Shown in pieces: positions 38,854 through 48,012 of a DNA stretch of 64,000 nucleotides (positions are counted from its first letter, which is position 1; every line of letters begins with the position of its first letter). The notes under the pieces are model-generated. The model did no database searches. It was not told where the DNA came from and saw nothing but the letters and a program-made list of their open reading frames with translations. Source of the DNA: Pseudomonadota bacterium (GTDB lineage Bacteria; Pseudomonadota; Gammaproteobacteria; Pseudomonadales; Pseudomonadaceae); contig JAEWGL010000213.1 of NCBI GenBank assembly GCA_023388335.1, positions 14,186 to 78,185 on the forward strand. The letters are read 5' to 3'. Both the position numbers and the translations under genes were made by a program.

Positions 38854-39003
38854 CTATCGAGGTGTTCGACAATTGGCCGGGTTGGCGTCGTGTGTTGAGT
38901 TGCCACCAGGCAGGAACCGATCGGAGGCGGCAGGCTGGCCCGAACGGGATTGGCTAAATCGCCAGGCGTAGGTGCTTGGGTAGAGGTAGGTGGCGTAGTT
39001 CAT
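38854..39003 (-). CDS. candidate leader ORF 2 (49 codons, Tyr-rich N-terminus) immediately upstream of DAHP synthase
   Basis: Not in the ORF track (<60 aa). GAGGA-7 nt-ATG at 39003. Translation MNYATYLYPSTYAWRFSQSRSGQPAASDRFLPGGNSTHDANPANCRTPR*, with 4 Tyr, 1 Trp and 1 Phe in the first 16 codons. Confidence 0.35.
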   Translation of the reverse strand: MNYATYLYPSTYAWRFSQSRSGQPAASDRFLPGGNSTHDANPANCRTPR

Positions 39004-39041
39004 GGATCAATCCTCGGTATGAATAGGTGTGGTTCGGCCGG

Positions 39042-39079
39042 AAAAACAAAACCCCCGGTCGGGAGGCCGACCGGGGGTT
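39042..39079 (-). terminator. strong rho-independent terminator between the two leader ORFs
   Basis: Read on the minus strand: AACCCCCGGTCGG-CCTC-CCGACCGGGGGTT (a perfect 13-bp stem) followed by TTGTTTTT. Confidence 0.8.
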
Positions 39080-39129
39080 GAGTATTCTCGTGTTCGGCGG
39101 CCCCTCGAGAGTGGGCGCCGGTGTGGGTA

Positions 39130-39264
39130 TCAGCGGCGCCTGTGGCTAAACCAATACCCAAAATAGAAGCTGGCAGGAGCGACCGCCGGGCAACCGGCCA
39201 CGGCCAACCCAGGGCGCGCGGTGCGACCGGTATGACGAGCGAGGTTGAGGGTGGCGTTTGGCAT
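39130..39264 (-). CDS. candidate leader ORF 1 (44 codons) ending in an F-Y-F-G-Y-W-F run
   Basis: Not in the ORF track (<60 aa). GGAGAG-4 nt-ATG at 39264. Translation MPNATLNLARHTGRTARPGLAVAGCPAVAPASFYFGYWFSHRRR*. The aromatic codons TTC TAT TTT GGG TAT TGG TTT lie at 39168..39148. Confidence 0.45.
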   Translation of the reverse strand: MPNATLNLARHTGRTARPGLAVAGCPAVAPASFYFGYWFSHRRR

Positions 39265-39288
39265 GTTGCTCTCCAGTTGATGGCCCCG

Positions 39289-39318
39289 AGCTTACTGCAG
39301 GCGGCGAGTGGGTTTCAA
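39289..39318 (-). promoter_or_regulatory. sigma70-like promoter upstream of leader ORF 1
   Basis: Read on the minus strand: TTGAAA-18 nt-TAAGCT, about 25 nt upstream of the leader ATG and 36 nt downstream of the acyl-CoA dehydrogenase stop. Confidence 0.35.
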
Positions 39319-39353
39319 TGACTAAATGCAATCACGGCAATGATTAAGGCCTA

Positions 39354-40505
39354 TCAAAGTGGATAGTGCTTGAGCTCCCGTGCAATGAGCATGCGCTGGA
39401 TTTCGCTGGAGCCTTCGTAGATCTGGGTGATTCGCGCATCGCGGTAGTAACGCTCGACCGGATAATCCTCCAGGTAGCCATAGCCACCATGGACCTGGAT
39501 GGCCATCGAACAGACCCGCTCGGCCATTTCCGATGCGAACAGCTTGGCCTGGGAGGCTTCGCTCAGGCAGGGCTTGCCCGCGGTTCGCAGGCGTGCGGCA
39601 TGCAGGATCAACAAGCGGGTGGCGTTGACCTGCAGCTGCATGTCGGCGAGCAGGTTGGCGATGCTCTGGTGCTCGTTGATCGGCTTGCCGAACTGGATAC
39701 GCTCACGTGCGTAGACCAGCGCGGCCTCGAACGCTGCGCGGGCGATGCCCAGCGCCTGCGCGGCGATGCCGATGCGCCCGCCTTCGAGGTTGGACAGGGC
39801 GATGGCCAGGCCCTTGCCGCGCTCACCCAGCAGGTTGGCGGCGGGGATACGGCAGTTGTTCAAGGTGACCGCGCAGGTGTCGGAGGCGCGGATGCCCATC
39901 TTGTGCTCACTACGGTCAACCACGAAACCTTCGTTGTCGGTCGGCACCAGAAACGCCGACAGGCCTTTCTTGCCCAGTTCTGGATCGGTCACGGCAAACA
40001 CGATGGCAAGGCCTGCTCGGCGGGCGTTGCTGACGAACTGCTTGGCACCATTGATCACCCAGTGGTCGCCGTGCAGTTCGGCACGGGTACGCAGGTTGTG
40101 GGCCTCGGATCCGGCCTGGGGTTCGGTCAGGCAGAAACAGCCGATCACCTCGCCGCTGGCCAGGCGCGGCAGCCACGCCTGTTGTTGCTCGGGATTGCCA
40201 TAGGCCAGCAGCGGGCCGCAACCGACCGAGTTGTGGATGCTCATCAGGGCGCCGGTGGCCCCATCACCAGCGGAAATTTCCTCCACCGCCAGGGCATAGG
40301 CCACGTAGTCGGTGTAGCTGCCGCCCCAGTCCTCGGGGACGACCATGCCGAGCAGCCCCAGCTCACCCATCTTCCGGACCACACTGTCGTCGATCCAGCC
40401 GGCCTTTTCCCAGGCCTGGGCATGGGGTGCGATTTCGCCACGGGCAAAATCCCGGGCCATGTCGCGGATCATGATCTGCTCTTCGCTCAGTTCCAGGTCT
40501 TGCAT
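39354..40505 (-). CDS. acyl-CoA dehydrogenase
   Basis: ATG at 40505 ([29 protein letters not shown]...). C-terminal [18 protein letters not shown]. Confidence 0.92.
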   Translation of the reverse strand: MQDLELSEEQIMIRDMARDFARGEIAPHAQAWEKAGWIDDSVVRKMGELGLLGMVVPEDWGGSYTDYVAYALAVEEISAGDGATGALMSIHNSVGCGPLLAYGNPEQQQAWLPRLASGEVIGCFCLTEPQAGSEAHNLRTRAELHGDHWVINGAKQFVSNARRAGLAIVFAVTDPELGKKGLSAFLVPTDNEGFVVDRSEHKMGIRASDTCAVTLNNCRIPAANLLGERGKGLAIALSNLEGGRIGIAAQALGIARAAFEAALVYARERIQFGKPINEHQSIANLLADMQLQVNATRLLILHAARLRTAGKPCLSEASQAKLFASEMAERVCSMAIQVHGGYGYLEDYPVERYYRDARITQIYEGSSEIQRMLIARELKHYPL

Positions 40506-40521
40506 CTGTGTACTCCCGTGC

Positions 40522-41592
40522 TCACAGGCCTTCGAAGAATTGCTCGACACGCTGGCGATCAAGCTCGGCCAAGGTCGGCGGGTTCCAGCGTGGCTGCTTG
40601 TCCTTGTCGATGATCAGCGCGCGCACGCCCTCGATGATGTCGCCGTGCTCGAACCATTGCCGGTCCAGGTGCAGCTCCATGGCAAAACAGTCTTCCAGGC
40701 TCAGGCGCCGACCGCGACGCAGCATCTCCAGGGTAACCGCCATCGCCAAGGGCGAACGGGTTTCCAGCTGATCGGCGGTGGCCAGCGCCCATTGGTGACT
40801 GTCGGCCACGGTTACCGTGCGCAGCTGCTCGATGATGCTGGGTACGTCGGGGAGGGCGAAGAAGTGGTCGATCACCGGCCGCAGCTTCTCCAGCGGCGCA
40901 TCCCCCAGCACCTGGGTACCGAGTTTTGCCAGCAGGCCCTGGAGGTCTTTGAGCGGCTGCTCACCGAAGCTCAGGCGGTCGAGGCCCTCGTCGAGGACGG
41001 CCAGCTTGTCGCTCCCCAGGTACCAATCGGCCAGCCCGCAGTAGAGGGCATCAGCAGCCTGGATTTGGGCGCCGCTGACACCAAGGTAGGCGCCCAGTTC
41101 GCCAGGCATGCGCGACAGGAAGTAGCTGCCGCCAACATCCGGGAAGTAGCCGATGCCCACTTCCGGCATGCCCAGGCGGCTGCGCTCGGTCACCACGCGC
41201 AGATCAGCGCCCTGGGCCAGGCCCATGCCGCCACCGAGGGTGAAGCCGTCCATCAGCACCAGGATAGGTTTGCGGTAGTGATGAATGCATAGGTCGAGGG
41301 CATATTCCTCGACGAAGAAGTCATGGTGCAGGTGGGCGCCGGTCTTGAAACTGTCGTACAGCGAGCGGATATCGCCGCCGGCGCAGAAGCCCTTGGGGCC
41401 TTCGCCTCGCAGCACTACGGCCTGTACCTGGCTATCCTCGGCCCAATCGTCCAGGTGCCGCTGCAGGCTGCGGACCATGTCGAGGGTGAGGGCGTTGAGG
41501 CCGGCAGGGCGGTTGAGGGTCAAGTGTCCGATGCAATTGCGGACATCGGCCAGTACGGGGGCCGACGCAGAGGTATCAGCATGCGCGGTCAT
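40522..41592 (-). CDS. enoyl-CoA hydratase/isomerase family protein (3-hydroxyisobutyryl-CoA hydrolase-like)
   Basis: 356-aa ORF. Crotonase fold ([23 protein letters not shown]) with the long C-terminal extension typical of HIBCH-type hydrolases. Confidence 0.88.
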   Translation of the reverse strand: MTAHADTSASAPVLADVRNCIGHLTLNRPAGLNALTLDMVRSLQRHLDDWAEDSQVQAVVLRGEGPKGFCAGGDIRSLYDSFKTGAHLHHDFFVEEYALDLCIHHYRKPILVLMDGFTLGGGMGLAQGADLRVVTERSRLGMPEVGIGYFPDVGGSYFLSRMPGELGAYLGVSGAQIQAADALYCGLADWYLGSDKLAVLDEGLDRLSFGEQPLKDLQGLLAKLGTQVLGDAPLEKLRPVIDHFFALPDVPSIIEQLRTVTVADSHQWALATADQLETRSPLAMAVTLEMLRRGRRLSLEDCFAMELHLDRQWFEHGDIIEGVRALIIDKDKQPRWNPPTLAELDRQRVEQFFEGL

Positions 41593-41764
41593 CGCGGTCT
41601 CCCTGCTTTGTTATTGATTTCCAAGTGAAGTCTGGCGGCGCTGGAGGATCGAGGGATCCTAGCAGCGCGCTTTTGCTCAGCGCAATCGGCAAAACTGCAG
41701 CAGCTGTCTGCATTTTTACCGTAGGGGTTGCTTGGTCCCGCAGGTGTTTTGGCGTGCTCTGCAC

Positions 41765-42772
41765 TCAGCGTGGCAGACGTCCGCTGACAAAATGCGCGAT
41801 ATCGTTGTAGCCCGGCGTCGAGGCATGCCCTGGGGTGACCAGCGAATCAATGAAGGCTTCGTCTTCGGACGTCACCTTCACTTCCAGGGCGCCACTGTAA
41901 GTGTCCCACTGCGCTTCGGTACGCGGGCCGACGATGGCCGAGCTGACCAGACGGTTGTTGAGCACCCAGGCGATGGCGAATTCGACGATGCCGACGCCCT
42001 TGGCCTCGGTGTAGGCATGGATCTTCTGGGCGATGGCCAGCGACTCCTGGCGCCATTCGGTTTCCAGAATGCGCTTGTCCTGGCGCCCGGCGCGGCTGTC
42101 GGCATCCGGCGTTGCCCCAGGGGCGTACTTGCCGCTGAGCACCCCGCGAGCCAGCGGGCTGAAGGGCACGATGCCCAGGCCATGATGGGCGGCTGCGGCG
42201 AATTGCTCAGGCTCGGCCTGGCGGTTGACGATGTTGTACAGCGGCTGGCTGACCACCGGCTTTGCCACCCCCAGCCGCTCGGCCACGTTGCAGATCTCGG
42301 CAATGCGCCAGCCACGGAAGTTGGACACGCCCCAATGGCGGACCTTGCCCTCGCGCAGCAGATCGCCGATGGCCCTGACGGTGACCTCGAGCGGTACGTT
42401 GTGGTCTTCGCGGTGCAGGTAGTAGATGTCGAGGTAGTCGGTGCCCATACGCGACAGTGTCGCCTCGATGGCGTTGAACAAATGCTTGCGCGACAGGCCG
42501 CTGCGATTGGGCAACCCTTCTGCCGGGCCGAAGCCGGCCTTGGAGGCGACGATCCAGTCCTGACGGTGACGGGCAATGGCTTCGCCGACGATCTCTTCGG
42601 AGCGCCCGCCATTGTAGACGTCGGCGGTGTCGATGAAATTGATGCCCTGGTCCCAGGCCTTGTCGATGATGCGCAGCGAGTCTTCGGTACTGGTCTGCTC
42701 GCCGAACATCATGCTGCCCAGCGTCAAGGCGGAAACCTGCAGGCCGCTCTGGCCCAGAGGACGATAGATCAT
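41765..42772 (-). CDS. aldo/keto reductase
   Basis: 335-aa ORF MIYRPLGQSGLQVSALTLGSMMFG...INFIDTADVY...YYLHREDHNVPLE. Confidence 0.9.
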   Translation of the reverse strand: MIYRPLGQSGLQVSALTLGSMMFGEQTSTEDSLRIIDKAWDQGINFIDTADVYNGGRSEEIVGEAIARHRQDWIVASKAGFGPAEGLPNRSGLSRKHLFNAIEATLSRMGTDYLDIYYLHREDHNVPLEVTVRAIGDLLREGKVRHWGVSNFRGWRIAEICNVAERLGVAKPVVSQPLYNIVNRQAEPEQFAAAAHHGLGIVPFSPLARGVLSGKYAPGATPDADSRAGRQDKRILETEWRQESLAIAQKIHAYTEAKGVGIVEFAIAWVLNNRLVSSAIVGPRTEAQWDTYSGALEVKVTSEDEAFIDSLVTPGHASTPGYNDIAHFVSGRLPR

Positions 42773-42963
42773 GCTCGAACATCCCTTTTAGCAATGAATG
42801 GGGTCGGTTCGTTGTACACAGATCCACCGCGCTTTGAAAGCCTCGCGCAGGGATTGGCCCTACCTGCGCGGCATGGCGGTAGACGCGTTGGGTAGCGTGA
42901 TGGCGTACGTGTGGGAGAGGCGACGCAGGCGGCGCGCTGGGTAGCGAGCGTGCCGCTTTTACT

Positions 42964-44292
42964 TCAGTCGGCGCGGGCCAGGGCAGGCGAGCCCGGGCGC
43001 GAGACGCGCAAGGCGACCAGGCTGCCCAACACGATCAGTGCGGCCAGCGAGTACAGCGCAATGTCGGTGGAACCGGTCTGGTCCTTGATGAAGCCAACCA
43101 GGTACGGGCTGAGGAAGCCCGCCATCTGCCCGACCGAATTGATGATCGCCAGACCGGCAACGGCGGTACCGACACTGAGCAGGGCGGTCGGCATCGGCCA
43201 GAACATCGGCAGGCCGGTCAGCGCGCCCATGGTCGCGATGCTGAGGCCGAGGATGGCGATCATTGGGGTGCTGGCGAAATTCACCGCGATCAGCAGGCCG
43301 ATCGCGCCCATCAGCATCGGTACCACGAGGTGCCAGCGCCGCTCGTTGCGCAGGTCCGCCGAGCGGCCCACCAGCAGCATGAACACCCCTGCCAGCAGGT
43401 AGGGAATGGCGCTCAGCCAGCCGATCAGCAAAGCGCTGTCAAAGCCCAGGGTCTTGATGATCGACGGTAGCCAGAAATTGATCGCATAAACGCCGCTCTG
43501 GATGCAGAAGTAGACGAAACCGAAGGTCCAGATCAAGGGGTTGGTCAGTACCGCGAGCAGGCTGTCACCGGTCGTTTTCGGCTTGCTGGCTGCGTCGGCG
43601 GCAAGGTCGGCGGCGATTATCTGGCGCTCGGCCGGGCTTAGCCAGTCTGCCTTCTGGTAACCGTCGCTGAGCAGCTTTATCGCCAGGCAACCCAGCAACA
43701 CGGTGGGCAGGCCCTGGATTAGGAACAGCCACTGCCAGCCGGCAAGGCCATGCTGGCCAGCGGCGAAATGATCGAGGATCCAGCCAGAGAAGGGGCCACC
43801 CAGCAAGCCCGACACCGGAATCGCCGACATGAACAGCGCCATGATGCGGCCGCGCCGATCGCCCGGAAACCAGCGCGACAGGTACAGCACCACGCCTGGG
43901 AAGAAGCCGGCCTCGGCGGCGCCGGTGAACAGGCGCAGCACGTAGAACTCCATTGGCGTGGTGACGAACAGCAGGCAGGTCGACAGGCTGCCCCAGGCAA
44001 TCATCATCAGGGCGATCCAGCGGCGCGGACCGAAGCGGTTCAACGCCAGGTTGCTGGGCAGGCCGCAGAGCACGTAGCCGATGAAGAAGATCCCGGCGCC
44101 TAGGCCGTAGACGGTTTCGCTGAATTGCAGGGCGTCGAGCATCTGCAGCTTGGCAAAGCCGACGTTGACCCGGTCCAGGTAGTTGAACAGGTAGCAAATG
44201 AATATGAATGGAATCAACCGCAGGGTGATGCGCCGATACAGCGCATCGCGGGTGACGTCTCGGCCTTGGTCAGGGACAGGGCTGTGTGCCAT
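42964..44292 (-). CDS. MFS transporter, anion:cation symporter (ACS) type (tartrate/glucarate/glycerate-like)
   Basis: ATG at 44292 (MAHSPVPD...LYRRITLRLIPFIFICYLFNYLDRVNVGFA). The start is uncertain. 12 TM. Confidence 0.85.
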   Translation of the reverse strand: MAHSPVPDQGRDVTRDALYRRITLRLIPFIFICYLFNYLDRVNVGFAKLQMLDALQFSETVYGLGAGIFFIGYVLCGLPSNLALNRFGPRRWIALMMIAWGSLSTCLLFVTTPMEFYVLRLFTGAAEAGFFPGVVLYLSRWFPGDRRGRIMALFMSAIPVSGLLGGPFSGWILDHFAAGQHGLAGWQWLFLIQGLPTVLLGCLAIKLLSDGYQKADWLSPAERQIIAADLAADAASKPKTTGDSLLAVLTNPLIWTFGFVYFCIQSGVYAINFWLPSIIKTLGFDSALLIGWLSAIPYLLAGVFMLLVGRSADLRNERRWHLVVPMLMGAIGLLIAVNFASTPMIAILGLSIATMGALTGLPMFWPMPTALLSVGTAVAGLAIINSVGQMAGFLSPYLVGFIKDQTGSTDIALYSLAALIVLGSLVALRVSRPGSPALARAD

Positions 44293-44449
44293 GATTAACT
44301 CTCTGTTGTTATCTAGATGCAGCAAATGCCTGATGGCTGCCGCCGGACGAGTCTCGGCGAGTGGATCGCGACTGTCTTTGTGCTTTTGCACAGTCATCGG
44401 CGCCGCGCGTTAGGCCTGGGAACAAGCCTCCGACTCCAAGGACCCCTTC

Positions 44450-45547
44450 ATGTTCGAACTGGACCACGACCTGGCGCAGGATATCGTCGACCGGGCGATG
44501 GCCATTTTGCCCTACAACGTCAATGTGATGGACAGCCAAGGGCTGATTCTTGGTAGTGGCGAACCTGAGCGTATCAATACCCGGCATGAAGGCGCGCAAT
44601 TGGTGCTGGCCAACGGGCGTATCGTCGAGCTGGACAGCGAGGCCGCCAGATGCCTCAAGGGCGTGCAGCCGGGTATCAACCTGCCGCTGTTGCTCGACGG
44701 TCGGCTGATCGGCGTGCTGGGCCTCACCGGCGATCCCCAGCAGCTTCGCACCTACGCCGAACTGGTGCGCATGACCGCCGAAATGCTCCTGGCCCAGCGC
44801 CATCTGCAAGTGGAGCAGCAGTGGCGCCGGCAGCGCTGCGATGACTTGCTGGCCTTGTTGCTGGGCGGCAGTGGCGACTCCCCGCGACTGATCGACGAAG
44901 CGCAACAGCTGGGCCTCAAGCCACAACTGCCGCGTGTTCCCTGTCTATTTGAACTCGATGGCGGGCCTGAAGCGCAGGCCCTGGGCAGCTGGCTGATGAG
45001 CCGCTACCCGGACAGCTGGTGCGTCAGCCCGGCGCGGCAGTCGCTCTTGTGGTGTCGGCCGACAAGCCTGGCGGTGGACGAGGAACGCCTGCTCGAACGG
45101 CTGCAGCGTCATGGCTGGCAGGTCCAGCGCCTGGCCCTGGGCAGTGTGGCGCAGAGCCTGGAGCAACTGCGCCGAGGTTACCGGCGGGTGCGTGATCTAT
45201 TGGCCTATGGGCGCGACGTCTTGCCGAACGAGCGCCTGTTGAGCCTGGCGCGGTATCGGTTGCCGGCGATGCTATGGCGCCACCGTAGCGATGATGCACT
45301 GGATGAATTGCTTGAACCTCTGCAGCGGATTCGGGCCAAGGACAGCACGGGGCAGCTGCTGGCAACGTTGCGCGCCTGGTGCGCGCATGATGGCCAGAGC
45401 CAGGCGTGTGCTGATGCGTTGGGCATTCACCGCAACAGTCTGCGGTATCGACTGGACCGGGTTGCTGAGTTGGCGGAGGTGGATCCTTTGCGGTTCGAGG
45501 GGTTGTTGAGTCTGTATCTTGGCTTGCAGTTGTTGGCGCCTGAATAG
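44450..45547 (+). CDS. CdaR/PucR family sugar-diacid regulator
   Basis: 365-aa ORF MFELDHDLAQDIVDRAMAILPYNVNVMDSQGLILGSGEPERINTRHEGA..., with a C-terminal PucR HTH (LGIHRNSLRYRLDRV). Confidence 0.9.
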   Translation: MFELDHDLAQDIVDRAMAILPYNVNVMDSQGLILGSGEPERINTRHEGAQLVLANGRIVELDSEAARCLKGVQPGINLPLLLDGRLIGVLGLTGDPQQLRTYAELVRMTAEMLLAQRHLQVEQQWRRQRCDDLLALLLGGSGDSPRLIDEAQQLGLKPQLPRVPCLFELDGGPEAQALGSWLMSRYPDSWCVSPARQSLLWCRPTSLAVDEERLLERLQRHGWQVQRLALGSVAQSLEQLRRGYRRVRDLLAYGRDVLPNERLLSLARYRLPAMLWRHRSDDALDELLEPLQRIRAKDSTGQLLATLRAWCAHDGQSQACADALGIHRNSLRYRLDRVAELAEVDPLRFEGLLSLYLGLQLLAPE

Positions 45548-45710
45548 GGTCGGAAACTCAAGGCATGCGCCACCGCGATGCGCCGCGCGCACGGCGCCCG
45601 ATCTCAAAAGGCATATGCCCAAATAACCCTCTCCCCTGTTGTGCATCCGACAGAGGCCCCAGCCCTCGACAAGTGTCAGCATGCCCACTATCTGGATCAG
45701 GAGAATTCCA

Positions 45711-46853
45711 ATGAAAATCGTCATCGCCCCCGATTCTTTCAAGGACAGCCTCGACGCTGCCGGTGTCGCGCGTGCCATCGTTGTGGGGTTGTCAGAAGTG
45801 CTGCCCGAAGCAGAGCTTGTCGAATGCCCGATGGCTGATGGGGGCGAGGGCACCATGGAGGCAATCCTGGCAGCCTGCCATGGCGAACTGCGTAACATGA
45901 CCGTGCGTGGCCCCCTGGGCGAGGATGTCATAGCCGGTTGGGGATGGTTGGCCGACAGCCAGACGGCGATCATCGAGATGGCCCAGGCCAGCGGCCTGCA
46001 GTTGCTCACCACCGCGCAGCGGGATGCATGCCGCAGCAGCACTTGGGGTACCGGCCAATTGATCGCCGCGGCCCTGGATGCGGGGGCGCGGCGGATCGTC
46101 CTGGCCATTGGCGGCAGCGCCACCAACGACGGCGGCAGTGGCATGCTGCGTGCCCTTGGCCTGCGCCTGCTGGACGCTGAGGAACAAGCGCTGGAGGAGG
46201 GTGGGCTGGCCTTGTCGCGGTTGGCAAGGTTGGATGCCAGTGCTCTGGACCCTCGCCTGGCCGCGGTGCAGGTGGAGGTCGCTGCGGACGTCGACAACCC
46301 GCTGTGTGGGCCGAATGGCGCTTCGGCGATCTTCGGCCCGCAAAAAGGCGCCAACCCGGACCAGGTCGTGGCGCTGGATCAGGCGCTAGGGCATTTCGCG
46401 GATCACTGCGCGCTGTGGCTGGGCGAGGACGTGCGCGAGTCACCGGGTTGCGGTGCCGCCGGTGGCATGGGCTTCGCTGCGAGGGCGTTCATGGGGGCGC
46501 AATTTCGTCCCGGCGTTGAGGTGGTGGCCGAGCTGGCCGGGCTCGATGAGCTGGTCCGGGGCGCGGACCTGGTGATCACCGGCGAGGGCCGCTTCGATGC
46601 CCAGACCTTGCGGGGCAAGACCCCCTTCGGCGTGGCCCGGGTCGCCAAGCGCCATGGCGTCCCTGTGGTAGTGATCGCGGGGACCTTAGGCGAGGGGTAC
46701 CAGGCGCTGTATCCCCATGGCATTGATGCCGCGTTTGCCTTGACCAACGGCCCGATGAGCCTGGAGCAGGCCTGCGCCAATGCCGCGGCGCTGTTGCAGG
46801 CGCGAGCGGGTGACATCGCGCGGCTGTGGTGCTGTGCGCGTAACGCCAGCTAG
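45711..46853 (+). CDS. glxK: glycerate kinase
   Basis: ATG at 45711 after CAGGAGAA gives MKIVIAPDSFKDSLDAAGVARAI. GGSATNDGGSGML motif. Confidence 0.92.
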   Translation: MKIVIAPDSFKDSLDAAGVARAIVVGLSEVLPEAELVECPMADGGEGTMEAILAACHGELRNMTVRGPLGEDVIAGWGWLADSQTAIIEMAQASGLQLLTTAQRDACRSSTWGTGQLIAAALDAGARRIVLAIGGSATNDGGSGMLRALGLRLLDAEEQALEEGGLALSRLARLDASALDPRLAAVQVEVAADVDNPLCGPNGASAIFGPQKGANPDQVVALDQALGHFADHCALWLGEDVRESPGCGAAGGMGFAARAFMGAQFRPGVEVVAELAGLDELVRGADLVITGEGRFDAQTLRGKTPFGVARVAKRHGVPVVVIAGTLGEGYQALYPHGIDAAFALTNGPMSLEQACANAAALLQARAGDIARLWCCARNAS

Positions 46854-46875
46854 ATAAGGCAACGACGCCGGTCCT

Positions 46876-47832
46876 TTATTCTGCCCTGAGCAAGTCCTGG
46901 CTCGGGACTGGAGACAGGACCGCCAGATCGCCAAAGCTCTGCGCTGCGTCGATGTAGCGCAGCGCCGATTTGGCATCCTTCCAGCCCACATAGCTCATCA
47001 ACGCCTTGAGCTCCCAGCCGTTGCTGGTCGCCCAGGTGGCGAAACCGCGGCGCAGCGAATGCCCTGTGTACAGCGCGGCCGGTACGCTAGCGCGTTCCAG
47101 CATGCGTCGCAGCAGGCCGATCAGGCTGTTGCTGTTCAACGCCTCCTCGCCCAGGTTGCCCCAGCGATCTAGCTTGCGGAACACCGGTCCCCCGGCAATG
47201 CCGGCCACTTCGATCCATTGCAGGTAGGCACCAACCGGGCATAGCGCCTTGAGCGCCGGTGCCCGGTGCTGCACGCCGTGCGCCTGGCGGTCGCCCTTGC
47301 TTTGCGGCAGGAAGATCGTCATCCCCACGCCGGCTTGCGCCTGGATGTGCTCGACCCGCAAGCGCGCCAGCTCGTCTCCCCGAAAGCCGCGCCAGAATCC
47401 CAGCAACAGCAAGGCCGCATCGCGTCGGGCGCGCAGCAGAGCTGGCAGGTCGTTCTGCTCGCGCGCGGCCCGGGCCTCTTGCTCGAATCCAGCCACAGCC
47501 GTCTGCAGATGCTCCAGTAACAAGGGGGCCGCCTGCTTGGGCAGCGTCGGATGCAGCGTGCGGATGCCGCGCAGCACTTGGCGCACGAGTGGCGCTTTGG
47601 TCGGATCGGGAAAACCTTGACTTACATGCCACTGACTCAACGCCGCCAGGCGCTGCTTGAGTGTGCTCACCGCATGCTGCTGCGCGTGCTCGGACAGGTA
47701 GCGCGCAACGCTTTCGGCCGTCGCTGGAAGGAAGCCGCCCCAATGGGATTCGAAATGCTCGACGGCCGCTTGATAGCTACGGCGCGTGTTTTCGCGCGTG
47801 GCCGCTTTTACGTAGTGCTCGACGCTGTTCAT
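46876..47832 (-). CDS. tyrosine site-specific recombinase (XerC/D-like, no arm-binding domain), apparently intact
   Basis: 318-aa ORF with candidate catalytic residues in context: GFRGDELARL (Arg), GHSLRRGFAT (His-x-x-Arg), WKDAKSALRYID (His/Trp position and Tyr). Confidence 0.88.
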   Translation of the reverse strand: MNSVEHYVKAATRENTRRSYQAAVEHFESHWGGFLPATAESVARYLSEHAQQHAVSTLKQRLAALSQWHVSQGFPDPTKAPLVRQVLRGIRTLHPTLPKQAAPLLLEHLQTAVAGFEQEARAAREQNDLPALLRARRDAALLLLGFWRGFRGDELARLRVEHIQAQAGVGMTIFLPQSKGDRQAHGVQHRAPALKALCPVGAYLQWIEVAGIAGGPVFRKLDRWGNLGEEALNSNSLIGLLRRMLERASVPAALYTGHSLRRGFATWATSNGWELKALMSYVGWKDAKSALRYIDAAQSFGDLAVLSPVPSQDLLRAE

Positions 47833-48012
47833 CGCGGGTTACCGGACCGGTGTACTCGGTGAGGGTGAATTTAAGCCATTCTACCTCCTTACATGCGATA
47901 AGCCGTGATTATTTAATGTGAGCTTAGCCTTGTTTTAAGGCAGCCGATACAGCAAAATCAATACGTAATTACAGGGTACGTACCACAGTACGAAATCGTG
48001 GGAGTTAACAGC

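Noticed and set aside
39190-39205. The LAVAGC lipobox-like motif inside leader ORF 1, considered as a sign of a tiny lipoprotein.
   Set aside because: The preceding segment (MPNATLNLARHTGRTARPG) lacks the hydrophobic core of a signal peptide, and the mature part would be only 19 aa. The regulatory leader interpretation fits the context better.
39366-40613. 415-aa ORF on the + strand.
   Set aside because: It is antisense to the acyl-CoA dehydrogenase, and its composition is that of a GC-rich mirror frame.
47900-47940. The AT-rich motif GATTATTTAATGTGAG in the recombinase/KfrA spacer, considered as a dif-like Xer site.
   Set aside because: It matches the dif consensus I recall (…ATAATGTATATTATGTTAAAT) only in a few positions, and it lacks the two 11-bp arms around a 6-bp centre.
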